A program made the position numbers and the translations under genes. A stretch of 30,730 nt of DNA from Piromyces finnis finn (lineage: Eukaryota; Fungi; Neocallimastigomycota): positions 1 through 30,730 of the forward strand of contig MCFH01000132.1 of the NCBI GenBank assembly GCA_002104945.1, written 5' to 3'. Shown piece after piece: positions 1 through 11,049 of the stretch (position 1 is the first letter of the stretch; the number at the start of each line of letters is the position of its first letter). Below the pieces are notes generated by a model. The model saw only the letters and a program-made list of their open reading frames with translations, searched no databases and was not told the origin of the DNA.

Positions 1-1296
1 TAATCAAATTTAACAGTATCATCTGGATATTCATTTGCAATTGTTTCAATAATATTTTCAAAATATTTATTATGTAAATGATTTTTATCCATTTTGTCAA
101 TAATTTTTAATAATATAGTATCATAATTTATATAATAATTGCTATTATAAGAAAAATAAAAAAAGTGATTTTTAAAATACAATCTATAAATGAATATTTT
201 TTTATTTTCGGCATAAAAAAGTAAAAGGTTATAAAAACTAATATTTTTAACAACATTTTCATTCATTTTTAAAAATTTTAATAACATTTCAATTATCCAT
301 ATTTTAGATGAATTTGCTACATAGTATAATATGTTTTCAATAAATGAAATGTTATAATTTTCAAAATTATATTTTATAATATATTCTAATAAATTTAACT
401 TATTTTCAACTCGACGTGTATAAGATACATCGCCAATAATATATTTATATAATTTCAATTTATTTAATATTTTCATGATTTCACTTGAACTTTTTTTGTC
501 ATATTTTATTAATATGCTAATAGTTGGGTAATCGTAAGAGTCAACTTTTTTGTCGATATCCTTATATTCACAATTAAATTTTTCATAATTAAAAGTACGG
601 TTATAGATTTTTTCAGTAAGATTAATATCTGTTTTTTTCACCGTATTTTAATTCATAAATTTGATTATTTGTTAAAGGAATCCTGTATTTAAAACAAGTT
701 AAAAATTTAATGATATAAATGAAATTTTTATCTTTTAATTTATAATTTAAAACACGCTTTAACATTTCTTCATTTTTGCTTTCAATCAACATTATAATAA
801 AACTTTCAATATTTTTATCTAAGTTTTCATTATCAAAGTTTTCTAAAAATTTTAATATTTTAACTATATCAACTTTCTCAATATAATATTTTTGAATGAA
901 GGATATCAAATTTACCCCTTCGTTATTTACATAATTTGTATTAGCACCCATTCTCATTAAGGAATGTGCCAATAAAAATTGTTCTTTTATCATTGCATCA
1001 AATAATGGTATTTTAACATCGCCATCTATTTTAAATGTATAGTTTAATTCTTTATAATCAAAATACCTGATAATGCATAAAATTATATTTTTTGTATTTT
1101 CACTTTCTTTTTCGACAGTTCCTATAGCACAAGTAAGAACGTCAAACTTATTATCTTGGTTCAATTTCATTCTAAATTTATTATAATTACTTTCATTTAA
1201 TCTTTTTTCAAATGCTTGAGTATCAGTATTATTGTCAATACAATATTTAATGAATTCTATTAATTCATCTATTTTTTCTTTTAACATAGCAGCCAT
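1..1296 (-). CDS. Ankyrin-repeat-like protein, 3'-partial, split by a +1 frameshift in a T7 run (632-638)
   Basis: ORF 622..1296 contains the module DVLTCAI...LNYTF...KIPLFDAM...AHSLMRMGANTNY, which also occurs in the genes at 11791 and 21244. Removing one base from the T7 run gives GEKTDINLTEKIYNRTFNYEKFNCEYKDIDKKVDSYDYPTISILIKY..., open without a stop to position 1 (about 210 more codons). Confidence 0.75.
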
Positions 1297-2060
1297 GTTT
1301 ATTAATTTTTAATAATATGGAAAGAGTATAGTGCTTTTTAAAAAGATATATAACAATATATTTATCAATAATGCTAAATTATTGTTCTAACCTCTATAAT
1401 TATGTTAATTTTTTATACTAAATAAAATAGGAAATTATATTATAATATATATGATAGGATTAGATTATTTCTTATTCTTATTATATAAATATAAAATAAA
1501 GAATATTAAGTTTTAATATTTAATGTTACCATTTAACCTTTATTAAAAAATGGGAGAATCTTTACAATAAATTTACAATAAAGTTTTTATAAATTTTTAG
1601 AAATAAATATTAAAAAAAAATTAAATACATTAAAAATAAGTGAAAGATTTAAATTTTGACTTTTCAAAAAGTTTTAATAATTTACATGACTCTATAAAAA
1701 TGATAATTGTAAATTACAAAAATATTATTATCCATATGTTATGAAAAGTGATGTTTTTATCACAAATTTAAATCTTGGAGCTTGTTAATAATATAATTTA
1801 AATTATTTCTTAATATTTTTATAAATATTTCATCTTTAAATAAAATAAAAGAACAGAAATACAAAAAAATATATACTTTCAATTAAACATTTACATTAAT
1901 TATTATAAAAACAAAAAAAAATTATTAAGTTATAAAGAAAAAATTAAGTTAAAATCCATAGAAAATAGCATTTATTAATTTCCCTATTATTTATATTAAA
2001 ATATAGTATTTATTAAAAATATTTTTTCTGACTTTTTACCTGAAAAACTCCCAGTTTAAA

Positions 2061-4000
2061 ATGTTTAAAAGAAGTAGAATTTTTTAAAAAAAGTCGTCAA
2101 TGTTTAACTAAATTATTAAAAATTGGAGTATATACTAAATATATTGATTTTTTATCTTATATTAAACTTTATCAGTATTATCTAAAAATAAAAATTAGAA
2201 ACATAATTTTATTGAAGTATCTTGTCCAGTATCGTGAAATGTATCCGAAAGAAAGGTATATTGAAAGAGTAAAAACAAAAAATGTTGGATTATTATTAGA
2301 GAATGAAAATGATACTACTCAATTGGAACATTATTTATATAAATTAATGATAAAGGAGTATTTATCCCGAAAAAAAAAAAACATCCAATATAATAAATTA
2401 GTGGACAACAAAATTAATAGTAATAATGATAACAATTATTTAATACTTTTTAATAATGACGAGTTTTTAAACTTTTTCGTTAAAGAGTATTTTAAATTTA
2501 TTAGCTTACCAAGGATAAATCATCAACTTTCGAAATTCCAATACAACAATAAAAAAATCAATTCTGATTTAAACAGTATTAAAAATATAAAAAATTCATA
2601 TTTATCTCAAAAAAAAATCAATATAAATCCTAGATTTTGGGAGAGGGTAAAAAAAATCGGATCAAAAAAAATTTTAAATTAATAAAATAATGGTTTTTAT
2701 TTAGTTCTTAAATATTAATTCTAGAAAATTAAAAATTATATATCACATTGTTTTTTAGAATTATCTAATAAGTCCGTTCATACTTTATAATTAGCGCCAT
2801 TACCATTACCAATTACATTCCACCTCATAAATGGCAGCAATTGAGTTATCCAATGAAATAACAATAATTCTTGAATAATTCGATTATGATTATTTAAATT
2901 CAAATGGAGATGCGAATAATGACATTGAAAAGGATTTAGGTTTTGACACTGAAAGTATTAATCTAATTAATGGCGATAAATATGATAAATATATTAAAGG
3001 AAATAATAAATTATTCATGAATTTAAAAAGATCTCGTATACCTTGCTATGAAATATTTATAAATAATTTTGTTGATGTTAATGATTATACAGATTTATAA
3101 AGTAAAAAAGAATTCAATGATAAAAATAATTTTTGAATTGAAAAAAAAATTGTATATTATGTATAAAATATTTACAAAAAAAAATTTAAATTATTCCTTT
3201 TTTTTTTATTACAGAGAAAATAAGACATTTATATTATGAAAGATATCTTGGTATATTTATTAACAAATCAATTATTATTACATATATTTTAAGAATTTTA
3301 AAAAGGATAAGAATAATAAAATGAGATTTATGAGGAAGCAATTAAATAAAGTAAATAAAGCTAACAAAATACAATCTTTAAATATTGATTTTGAATATAC
3401 AAATAATTATATAAAATTTTATATTCAATAATAAAGTTTTATGATAAAGCATTAAATTATAAATATGAAAATATTATATTAAAATATAAAGGTTTCAGGA
3501 ATACAGATATATTAAGTTTAAATAAGCTTTATTATGAATTTTTTAACATCAAACGAATAAATAATGAATGATTCGAAATAGACAATGAAAATAAATCTTA
3601 TTTTTTATTGATATTAGGAATATACCTATTAAATTCCAATTATTCTAATAATTATTTGTATAATTCAGTTGATAATTTCAATATTTGTAGGAATAAATAT
3701 ATGGTATATGATAATAAAATTGCTATTAACCTATGGTTAAAATGGATTAATACTACTAGTTATTTGTAGATATATAATAAAGAATTTCATGAAAAAGAAA
3801 ATGAAATAATAGAAAACACTAGAATTATAAATAATGTTTTACAAATATATCTAAGAGATTTTTTCAACTGTGATAGTTATACAAATATCAATCAATTAAT
3901 GTTACCATCTTTATTTTTATTATTTGAATTACAATAATATATACAATATTTATCAATTTAAAATAAATCCAAAAATTATATAAAAAATGTATTATTTAAA
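2061..4000 (+). pseudogene. Decayed multi-exon gene of unknown function
   Basis: ATG at 2061 joins ORF 2212..2682 if one T is removed from the run at 2080-2085 (MFKRSRIFKKSRQCLTKLLKIGVY...). Coding-like frames continue at about 2880-3130 and 3215-3990 with scattered in-frame TAA/TAG/TGA. There is a probable intron acceptor (pyrimidine tract plus ACAG) at 3214. The gene may extend to about 4500. Confidence 0.45.
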
Positions 4001-5338
4001 ATTATAATAATATATACATTATTAAATTAAAAAATTATATATTTCTTCAAAAATTTAATTATATTTTAATGAACCTTTACATTATTTTTTTTACAGAAAA
4101 AGTATTATGTTTTTTTTTTTATAATCATAATTGTGCTTTAACTGAATTTGGTTGGTGTTATTTAATTATTAAAAAAAAAGGTATCTTTTAAAAAATATTT
4201 ATTTTAATTGTTATTATATTATTATTACTTTAACCCTAATATCAATGAACTTGGAATAAATAATTTCAAATTTAGATGAGATTTTGTTCAATGAAGTCAA
4301 TAAGAAAACTAATAAAAATAATACCTTTTTGTATATTTTTACTTTTTATACTAAATACATATATTTTCTTTATATATATATATATATTTTTTTCACCTTC
4401 CCTTTTATTTTTTTGTGTTATATCCATATAAGAAAGTTTAAATACATAATCAATCAAACGAATGAATCTTTTTTAAAAAAAATTATATTATTATAATATA
4501 TTCAAGATTATCAATAGAATCAATTAGAATATAACTACATTTCAACTCTAAATTATTAAAATAGCATACTCTTATTAATTTAAGATTAAAAAAAAAGTAT
4601 CCATAAGTAATGGTGAATAACTAAAAGTATTTATTGATTAAAAAAAATTTAATAATAATATAACCCAAAAGAATGATGAATAGAAATAGATTTAACAGAT
4701 GGATACATTTGAAACATATAACTTTGTATTATTCAGTGAGAAAATTGTTTTATATTAAATAATTATTGTAATATTGTTTAAGAATAAAAGTTTTTAGAAA
4801 TATTATGTTTTTAAAGATGAAATATTATAAATTCATTATATAACTTATATAGTGAAATACTCTATATTTAATTAGAAAGTTTTATTCACTTGGTATAATT
4901 AATAATAAACAACTTTTTTATATTTGTAATCATATATAAATAAAATTTTTTATACTATTATATATAATGTTTTATATTTGTAATTTTTTTTTCATTTTAT
5001 TATAAAATTTTTTAATAAAATAAAAGACTTTTATATGTAATGTATATGATTTTCTTATTTTAAAATCTTTAAATTAAAAAATTAAAGAAAAAAGTAAAGC
5101 TTAAATATCATTAAATACAACATCTAATAACAATAAGCTACTTTAATATATATATTTTTTATAACAATAGACATTAAAAAATAATAAAAATGAAGAAACA
5201 AATAACAAACCCTTTTTAATGTAATAATTAATATTATAAAATATATAGTAAATATATTCAATAATATTAGTATAAAACACAAATATTTAATCTCAAAATT
5301 AATAAAATTTTTAATAAATAATAATTATAATTAAAATA

Positions 5339-5544
5339 TGTTAGAATTTTAGGTTTTTTAATATACTTTATTATGGTAATTTATTAATATTTTATTACAA
5401 AGATTTAATTAACAATTACAAATTTGTATTTACACTAAAATTTATGGCTTATGCTATAATACATACATTATTATTATATTACATTATGTCAATTACATTT
5501 TACTAATGAATAAAGTTTATTATAAAATTTGAGATTTTCTAACA
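5339..5544 (-). repeat. 3' LTR (206 bp) with 8-bp terminal inverted repeats TGTTAGAA...TTCTAACA
   Basis: TG...CA termini, perfect 8-bp inverted ends, immediately preceded on the minus strand by a polypurine tract. Confidence 0.85.
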
Positions 5545-5556
5545 TTCCCCCTCAAA
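5545..5556 (-). other. Polypurine tract (plus-strand primer site)
   Basis: Minus strand reads TTTGAGGGGGAA|TGTT, the canonical copia PPT-LTR junction. Confidence 0.85.
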
Positions 5557-5739
5557 CTTGATTTCATTTTGAAATTCAATGTTTGGAAGTTTTGTTTTAA
5601 AATAAAATAAATTAAATTAAATTTTTTTTTTTTTTTTAAATTTTAAAATTTTGTCAAATTATTATGAATATATAAGTATAATAATGCTTTATATAATATA
5701 TTGCTTCACAAAGATTTTTACCTGTGAAATTATTGATTA

Positions 5740-6340
5740 TTACTTTGATGGTGTATGTGTATCCGAATAAACTGGTTTCAAAACATACGCGGGATTTGTG
5801 GTTAAATTGTTATTAGAATTAGATTTAAGTTTTGATACCTTACATTTCAGATAGTAGCCATTACACTTCGCCTCGAACACAAGCTGTTTGTTTGAATCAC
5901 TTTGGGAATAATTATTTTTGCTACAATCATGCGGATCTTGATTAATTATTTTAATGTGATTTGGTTGTTGAATGGTATTTATAAATTTAATTCTGATGAT
6001 ACTATTAATATCTGGTTCGTGGTTACTTATCTCATTATTTTGGATATCAAATAAAGTTAAAAATACTTGATTGTTATTATTTTTTATTTGAGTGCTAATA
6101 CCAGATTTCGTTAACTTTATCCCACTTATCAGGTTTTTATTGACGTCCTTTGAATATAGAACCTTATCTAAAACTATTTCAAAAATACATGATGATTTAT
6201 TTGTAAAATTCATAATAATTTTTTCATCAATAAAATTTTTCAATATTTCTTTATTATTTGTGATATGTTCACTTGCTCCTGTATCATAGGTAGGTCCATA
6301 TAGATGTTATGTAACCATCATTTTTATCATGTGACCTTGA
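5740..6340 (-). pseudogene. Copia pol N-terminus (aspartic protease / Pol_BBD-like) with a 4-bp duplication frameshift
   Basis: SIWT[YL]..YDTGASEHITNNKEILKNF; tandem AGGT duplication at 6288-6295 breaks WTYDTG. The frame of ORF 5740..6243 stays open to a stop about 185 bp before the PPT. Confidence 0.75.
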
Positions 6341-6361
6341 ATCTGATACGGGTTAATTTTA

Positions 6362-6746
6362 TGTAGAAAGAATTAAACTTTAATTAATATATATTTTATT
6401 AATAATTTTATTTATAACGTTCCAATATTTCTATTCTGTCTAAATACTAAAACGTTCTGTCGTTGTCAAATATTAAAATTCTAACTAAAACAAGAAGCCC
6501 TTTTTAATAATATTTATTCTAGTCTATTTATACTAATGAGGCTTGCTTAATAATTAATTGTCCAATTATAAGGCTGGAACTATATGGATCATTCATTTAC
6601 AATACTCTTTTACATTACAAAATATTACATTTGTCGTACATTTACATTATATTCTTATACATTGTAGAAATAATTAATATTATAATAAATCTATATAAAT
6701 TTAATATTAGGAAAAATTACTAATATAATAATATGTTCAAGTCACA
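6362..6746 (-). mobile_element. Probable solo LTR (385 bp) of a different element nested in the copia gag-pol junction
   Basis: TGT...ACA ends. Flanks TTTTA (6357-6361) and TATTA (6747-6751) are a 4/5 target-site duplication. Minus strand has TATA-like GTATAAATAG (6524-6533) then AATAAA. Excising it plus one TSD copy puts gag in frame with the protease leader. Confidence 0.65.
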
Positions 6747-6754
6747 TATTATTT

Positions 6755-7875
6755 TTATATCAAATCATTACTTGGACATATTTCTTCTGTATTTTCACCT
6801 GGAAAGAAATTTTTAAGAGCTAGTTCGTCAAGTATATATTTCATGTGCTCAACCTTTAATTGGTCAGAATGTATGTTTATGTAACATTCATTTTCAGGGT
6901 TAGAAATATTTGGATCATCCATTTTTTCATTACTCTTTATTTTACTTTCAATATTGTCAGCTGTAGGTCCGAACATTGTATTTAATTCTTCATAGCATGG
7001 TATACTATCTGTGGTTTCATTATTTTCAATGTTGGAACAATATTTATCTTCATTGGCTTCCCTTTTGTATGAGAATGTTTTGTGGGCTTGTTTATTAGGA
7101 TGTGTTTCATTTTTCTTTGTTCTTGTAGGTCGGCATGGATTGTAATGACAGTCCTTAACTGAATGTCCAGAAATGTTGCAAATTATACAATATTTATTAT
7201 TTCTATGATGATATTTGTTTATTCTTTTATCTTTTGTGTATTTCTTTTTTATATTATCTATATCCATATAATCATCATGAAAGTCTCTATATTCATTGAT
7301 GAATGGATTATTATAATGATTGTTTCCATTTCTAGCGTTTCTTGTGTTAAAAGAGTTATTATCTCTTTGTTGATTATCTTATTTATGTTTAAAATTTGGG
7401 TTGTTATATTCCATCTGATAGCAAATAACAGTATATCTGTTTTTATGATTTCGTATAATGTTTCGGGTGTGTATTGAGAACTCATTAATATTTTATCCAT
7501 AAGGATATTTGGTAGAGCGTTGTATATAATTGTTATTTTTTCCATGTTTGATTTGTTCATGCATGAGTTTTCGAGTAATTTAAATAACTCTATAATATCA
7601 TTCATGATAATCATGGTTTCCTTAAGGTTGGTGGCCTTGAGAGGTCCTAACCTTCTTGACCACTCTCCATGGTTGGAGGAGTCATCCAACTTGTACAAGC
7701 TCTTGAGTTTCTCCATCTTCTCATATGCGGACTCACAGTTCATAATGTACCTTTTAACAGAGTCAGTACAATTTGTAAAAATGATTATTCCTGCGAGTGC
7801 TTCATTTGGTTCAAATTTGCTTGGTTTCTTGAATGTTTTGTAGTTACTCTTGATGTAACTCCTTTGCTATTCTCG
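6755..7875 (-). pseudogene. Copia gag (UBN2-like core plus CCHC zinc knuckle), frameshifted near 7400
   Basis: ...ALAGIIIFTNCTDSVKRYIMNCESAYEKMEKLKSLYK...ITIIYNALP... in ORF 7258..7743 and its upstream frame; CCHC in ORF 6755..7267. The two are linked by a frameshift and an in-frame TAA. Confidence 0.75.
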
Positions 7876-7884
7876 TTTTTTTTT

Positions 7885-8913
7885 CTTGTTCCTTAAGGCA
7901 ATACCATATTTAATAAAATTATTATAATCGTTAGCTCTAGAATTTTCTTCAATTTGGTTTATAGCTCCTTAACATTCCTTTAAAAGACAGATTTTGATAA
8001 AATTCTTATCTTCTTTTTTCTTCCTGTTCATAATTTATTTTTTTCAAGGTATTTTTTTATTTTTTTTTAAAAAACATAACTTTAATTAAAATATATTTTT
8101 TTCTTTATTATTAAAATACTTTCCAATAATAAATCCGAAATCATATCCTCATATCTACCATATCTACTATTTTCTTCTGGAGTTAAATCCCTAATTTTTT
8201 AAAAACAAGAATATTTGTATTAATAACACTTGATAAACATTTTCACACATTTTGAATTCATCATACATACTGTGCTTCAAGTGATATTCATTTAATTTTG
8301 ATAAATATCATTTAAATTTTTATAATCTTTTTTAACATCTTTTTCAAAAAGACCATTAATAAAATTATATATTATTTTATCATTTGCTATTTCTAATTTA
8401 TTTTCATAGTTTTTAATAAAGCAATAAAATTTTCTAAAATTTCACCATTTGTAATTTTAACATATTCATATTACCTTTAATGATTCGATTTAACATACTA
8501 TTTTTATATTTTTTAATTTGACTTAAATTTTCTTTTTTTTCAGTTAATTTGGGTTTAACGGTAATTTATTTTTAAGATATTCAATAGCAGATTTGAAATC
8601 TTTAGATTCTTCATTTTTAAAATTTAAATAAAAAACAGGATATTTATAAAATCCCCTCATGCTTTTTCCATTTTTAGAAACTTCTAAACTATCAAATAAA
8701 TCATTTCTTAAATTTTTCTATTAATAGGCTTTTCAAAGAATTCTTGAATCATTTTTAAATTAAAACTTTTTCCAAATTGACTTGGTCGTACTCTCAAATA
8801 CACATCTTTATAATTGTTAATAAAATTTGGTATCATCTAGTTTTATCAACAAAATAGTAATCATTTATATTAGAATCTTTATAAAATTCTCCAGAATATA
8901 TTTCTTTTGGCAT
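7885..8913 (-). pseudogene. Decayed AAA-ATPase-like (PF09820-type) plus PD-(D/E)XK nuclease (DUF1703/PF08011-type) gene
   Basis: Motifs in the correct order on the minus strand: M at 8913, YYFVDKT (8839-8859), RPSQFGKSF (8762-8788), LFDSLEVS, KYPVFYLNFK (about 8620-8645), GF-T-PEE-like (8172-8190), WYDGYxFG-like (about 8135-8162), C-terminal L.KEC..AINQIE...NFIKYGIA (7897-7985). Many stops, frameshifts and internal deletions. Absent from the ORF track. Confidence 0.75.
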
Positions 8914-9138
8914 TTCCTAAAAGAATTGAAAGAAAAATTCATAAAAGTTTTAAATAGAAAAGATGATGCTATAAAATATTATTGCGAATTAATTGGAAAT
9001 TCAAAAAAAGGTATTGAAAAGTACATTAAAAAAATGACGCAAACTTTAGAAGATCTTTTTGTAAATCTGGAAAATAATAATATTAAAAATATTGAACTTT
9101 CAATGTCTAATTTTAAGCGTTAATAGTAATTAACGAAA

Positions 9139-10145
9139 AAATAGTAATAGTCAAAGTAATAGTAATAGTAATAGTAATAGTCAAAGTAATAGTAATAGTA
9201 ATAGTAATAGTAATAGTAATAGTAATAGTAATAGTAATAGTAATAGTAATAGTAATAGTAATAGTAATAGTAATAGTAATAGTAATAGTAATAGTAATAG
9301 TAATAGTAATAGTAATAGTAATAGTAATAGTAATAGTAATAGTAATAGTAATAGTAATAGTAATAGTAATAGTAATAGTAATAGTAAAGTAATAGTAATA
9401 GTAATAGTAATAGTAATAGTAATAGTAATAGTAATAGTAATAGTAATAGTAATAGTAATAGTAATAGTAATAGTAATAGTAATAGTAATAGTAATAGTAA
9501 TAGTAATAGTAATAGTAATAGTAATAGTAATAGTAATAGTAATAGTAATAGTAATAGTAATAGTAATAGTAATAGTAATAGTAATAGTAATAGTAATAGT
9601 AATAGTAATAGTAATAGTAATAGTAATAGTAATAGTAATAGTAATAGTAATAGTAATAGTAATATAGTAATAGTAATAGTAATAGTAATAGTAATAGTAA
9701 TAGTAATAGTAATAGTAATAGTAATAGTAATAGTAATAGTAATAGTAATAGTAATAGTAATAGTAATAGTAATAGTAATAGTAATAGTAATAGTAATAGT
9801 AATAGTAATAGTAATAGTAATAGTAATAGTAATAGTAATAGTAATAGTAATAGTAATAGTAATAGTAATAGTAATAGTAAATAGTAATAGTAATAGTAAT
9901 AGTAATAGTAATAGTAATAGTAATAGTAATAGTAATAGTAATAGTAATAGTAATAGTAATAGTAATAGTAATAGTAATAGTAATAGTAATAGTAATAGTA
10001 ATAGTAATAGTAATAGTAATAGTAATAGTAATAGTAATAGTAATAGTAAAGTAATAGTAATAGTCAAAGTAATAGTAATAGTCAAAGTAATAGTAATAGT
10101 AATAGTAATAGTAATAGTAATAGTCAAAGTAATAGTAATAGTAAT
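9139..10145. repeat. (GTAATA)n hexanucleotide microsatellite, about 1 kb, with GTCAAA variant units near both ends
   Basis: Directly visible; single-base phase slips at about 9387, 9663, 9880 and 10049. Confidence 0.98.
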
Positions 10146-10149
10146 GATA

Positions 10150-10495
10150 AAGTCCTGCTTCTGAAAGGCACAACTATAAGTCAAGATGAAGAGTTTCATT
10201 CATATTCAGAATCATTATAGATAATTTCTCTCCTGTATATCAGATCATATACTAATCCCTATTAATTTTAAATCTATTCCTATGGATGATTTTTCTAATG
10301 ACTTTAAGGTTCCTAAGAAAATTCTGAAATAGAATAGATTGAATAAAATATATTGAGGAAAAGGAATCGATACACAGTCCTAATAAATCCCACATACTTT
10401 CATCAAAACTCAATGATCCTGTTATTTCAACAGATGAACTTTCCAAAGAATTTACTTCAGCTGCTCTTTCAATTGAAGATGTATTAAATATTGTG
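10150..10495 (+). mobile_element. LINE fragment (C-terminal end of the APE endonuclease and linker), inverted copy of 15745-16075
   Basis: TATGGATGATTTTTCTAATGACTTTAAGGTTCCTAAGAAAATTCTGAAAT... aligns with the reverse complement of 15745-16075. It encodes SDH and SKLNDPVISTDELSKEFTSAALSI. Confidence 0.85.
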
Positions 10496-11049
10496 TATTT
10501 ATATGTTTTTCCTGCTAATATAAAATAAAATTTTTCGTTATTATTTTTCTCACTTTTATCTTCATATGATATAAATAAAGCTTTATTAAAAAAAATGAAA
10601 ACTAAAATAATTATCAATTTTTTTTTAATTAAATAGATTTCATAATATCTGTTTTTCATGGAAAAGCTGAATTTTTTTAAATAATTTTACATTTATACTA
10701 ATTATAAAATTATTATCTATATGTCCATAATTATAATGATTTAAAAAATTTCATAATAATTATTAATAACATCACTATTAATATTTTGTTAAAGTATAAC
10801 TTTCTTTTTGTTTTTAAATTAAAAGTGAAGGTCGTTATTATTTCTAACTAAACTTCTAATAAATATTAATGATAATTAAACCTTAATCATGTTTAATGAT
10901 TTATAATATAATTTATGTAATATCAAGTTAAATAATTGGTGTTAATAAAATATAATAAATATGTCTTATTTAAAATTGTAGGATATTTTAAATATATTTT
11001 ACTTTTCATGAAAATTCAATATTTTTACTATTTGTTACATAAATCTATT

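Larger units (their letters stand above)
5339..7890 (-). mobile_element. Ty1/copia-type LTR retroelement relic: gag (CCHC) - protease - PPT - 3' LTR; no integrase/RT/RNase H; 5' LTR missing
   Basis: Zinc knuckle CIICNISGHSVKDC (7148-7189). Copia protease-region motif W-T-Y-DTGASEHITN (6265-6298) followed by KNLISGIKL. Purine tract TTTGAGGGGGAA directly before TGTTAG. Confidence 0.85.

Noticed and set aside
2061-4000. Alternative genetic code (TAA/TAG read as Gln) to explain in-frame stops
   Set aside because: TGA stops and frameshifts also occur, and the intact genes in the window terminate normally with TAA.
4272-4496. Short overlapping ORFs on both strands (likewise 24416..24604 and 25952..26170)
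   Set aside because: Low-complexity AT-rich or antisense frames; at most partial exons of the neighbouring decayed gene.
7163-7896. Plus-strand ORFs 7163..7477, 7520..7843, 7669..7896 (also 6092..6289)
   Set aside because: Antisense shadows of the copia gag and protease.
8815-8856. Possible 5' LTR end or PBS of the copia element (TGGTATCA; CAACA followed by AAATA matching the 5334-5338 flank)
   Set aside because: The preceding 200 bp do not resemble the 206-bp LTR, and the segment is the antisense of the YYFVDKT motif of the ATPase relic.
9139-10145. Interstitial telomere or CRISPR-like array
   Set aside because: The unit has no G-run typical of telomeric repeats and there are no unique spacers. 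No repeat-spacer structure was found anywhere in the window.
9120-10199. 359-aa and 330-aa minus-strand ORFs (poly-TI/L/Y)
   Set aside because: They are translations of the (TATTAC)n strand of the microsatellite and are stop-free only because of the repeat unit.
10252-10659. 135-aa ORF with a hydrophobic N-terminus
   Set aside because: Its C-terminal half is the antisense of the LINE fragment. The rest is short AT-rich sequence with no recognisable motif.
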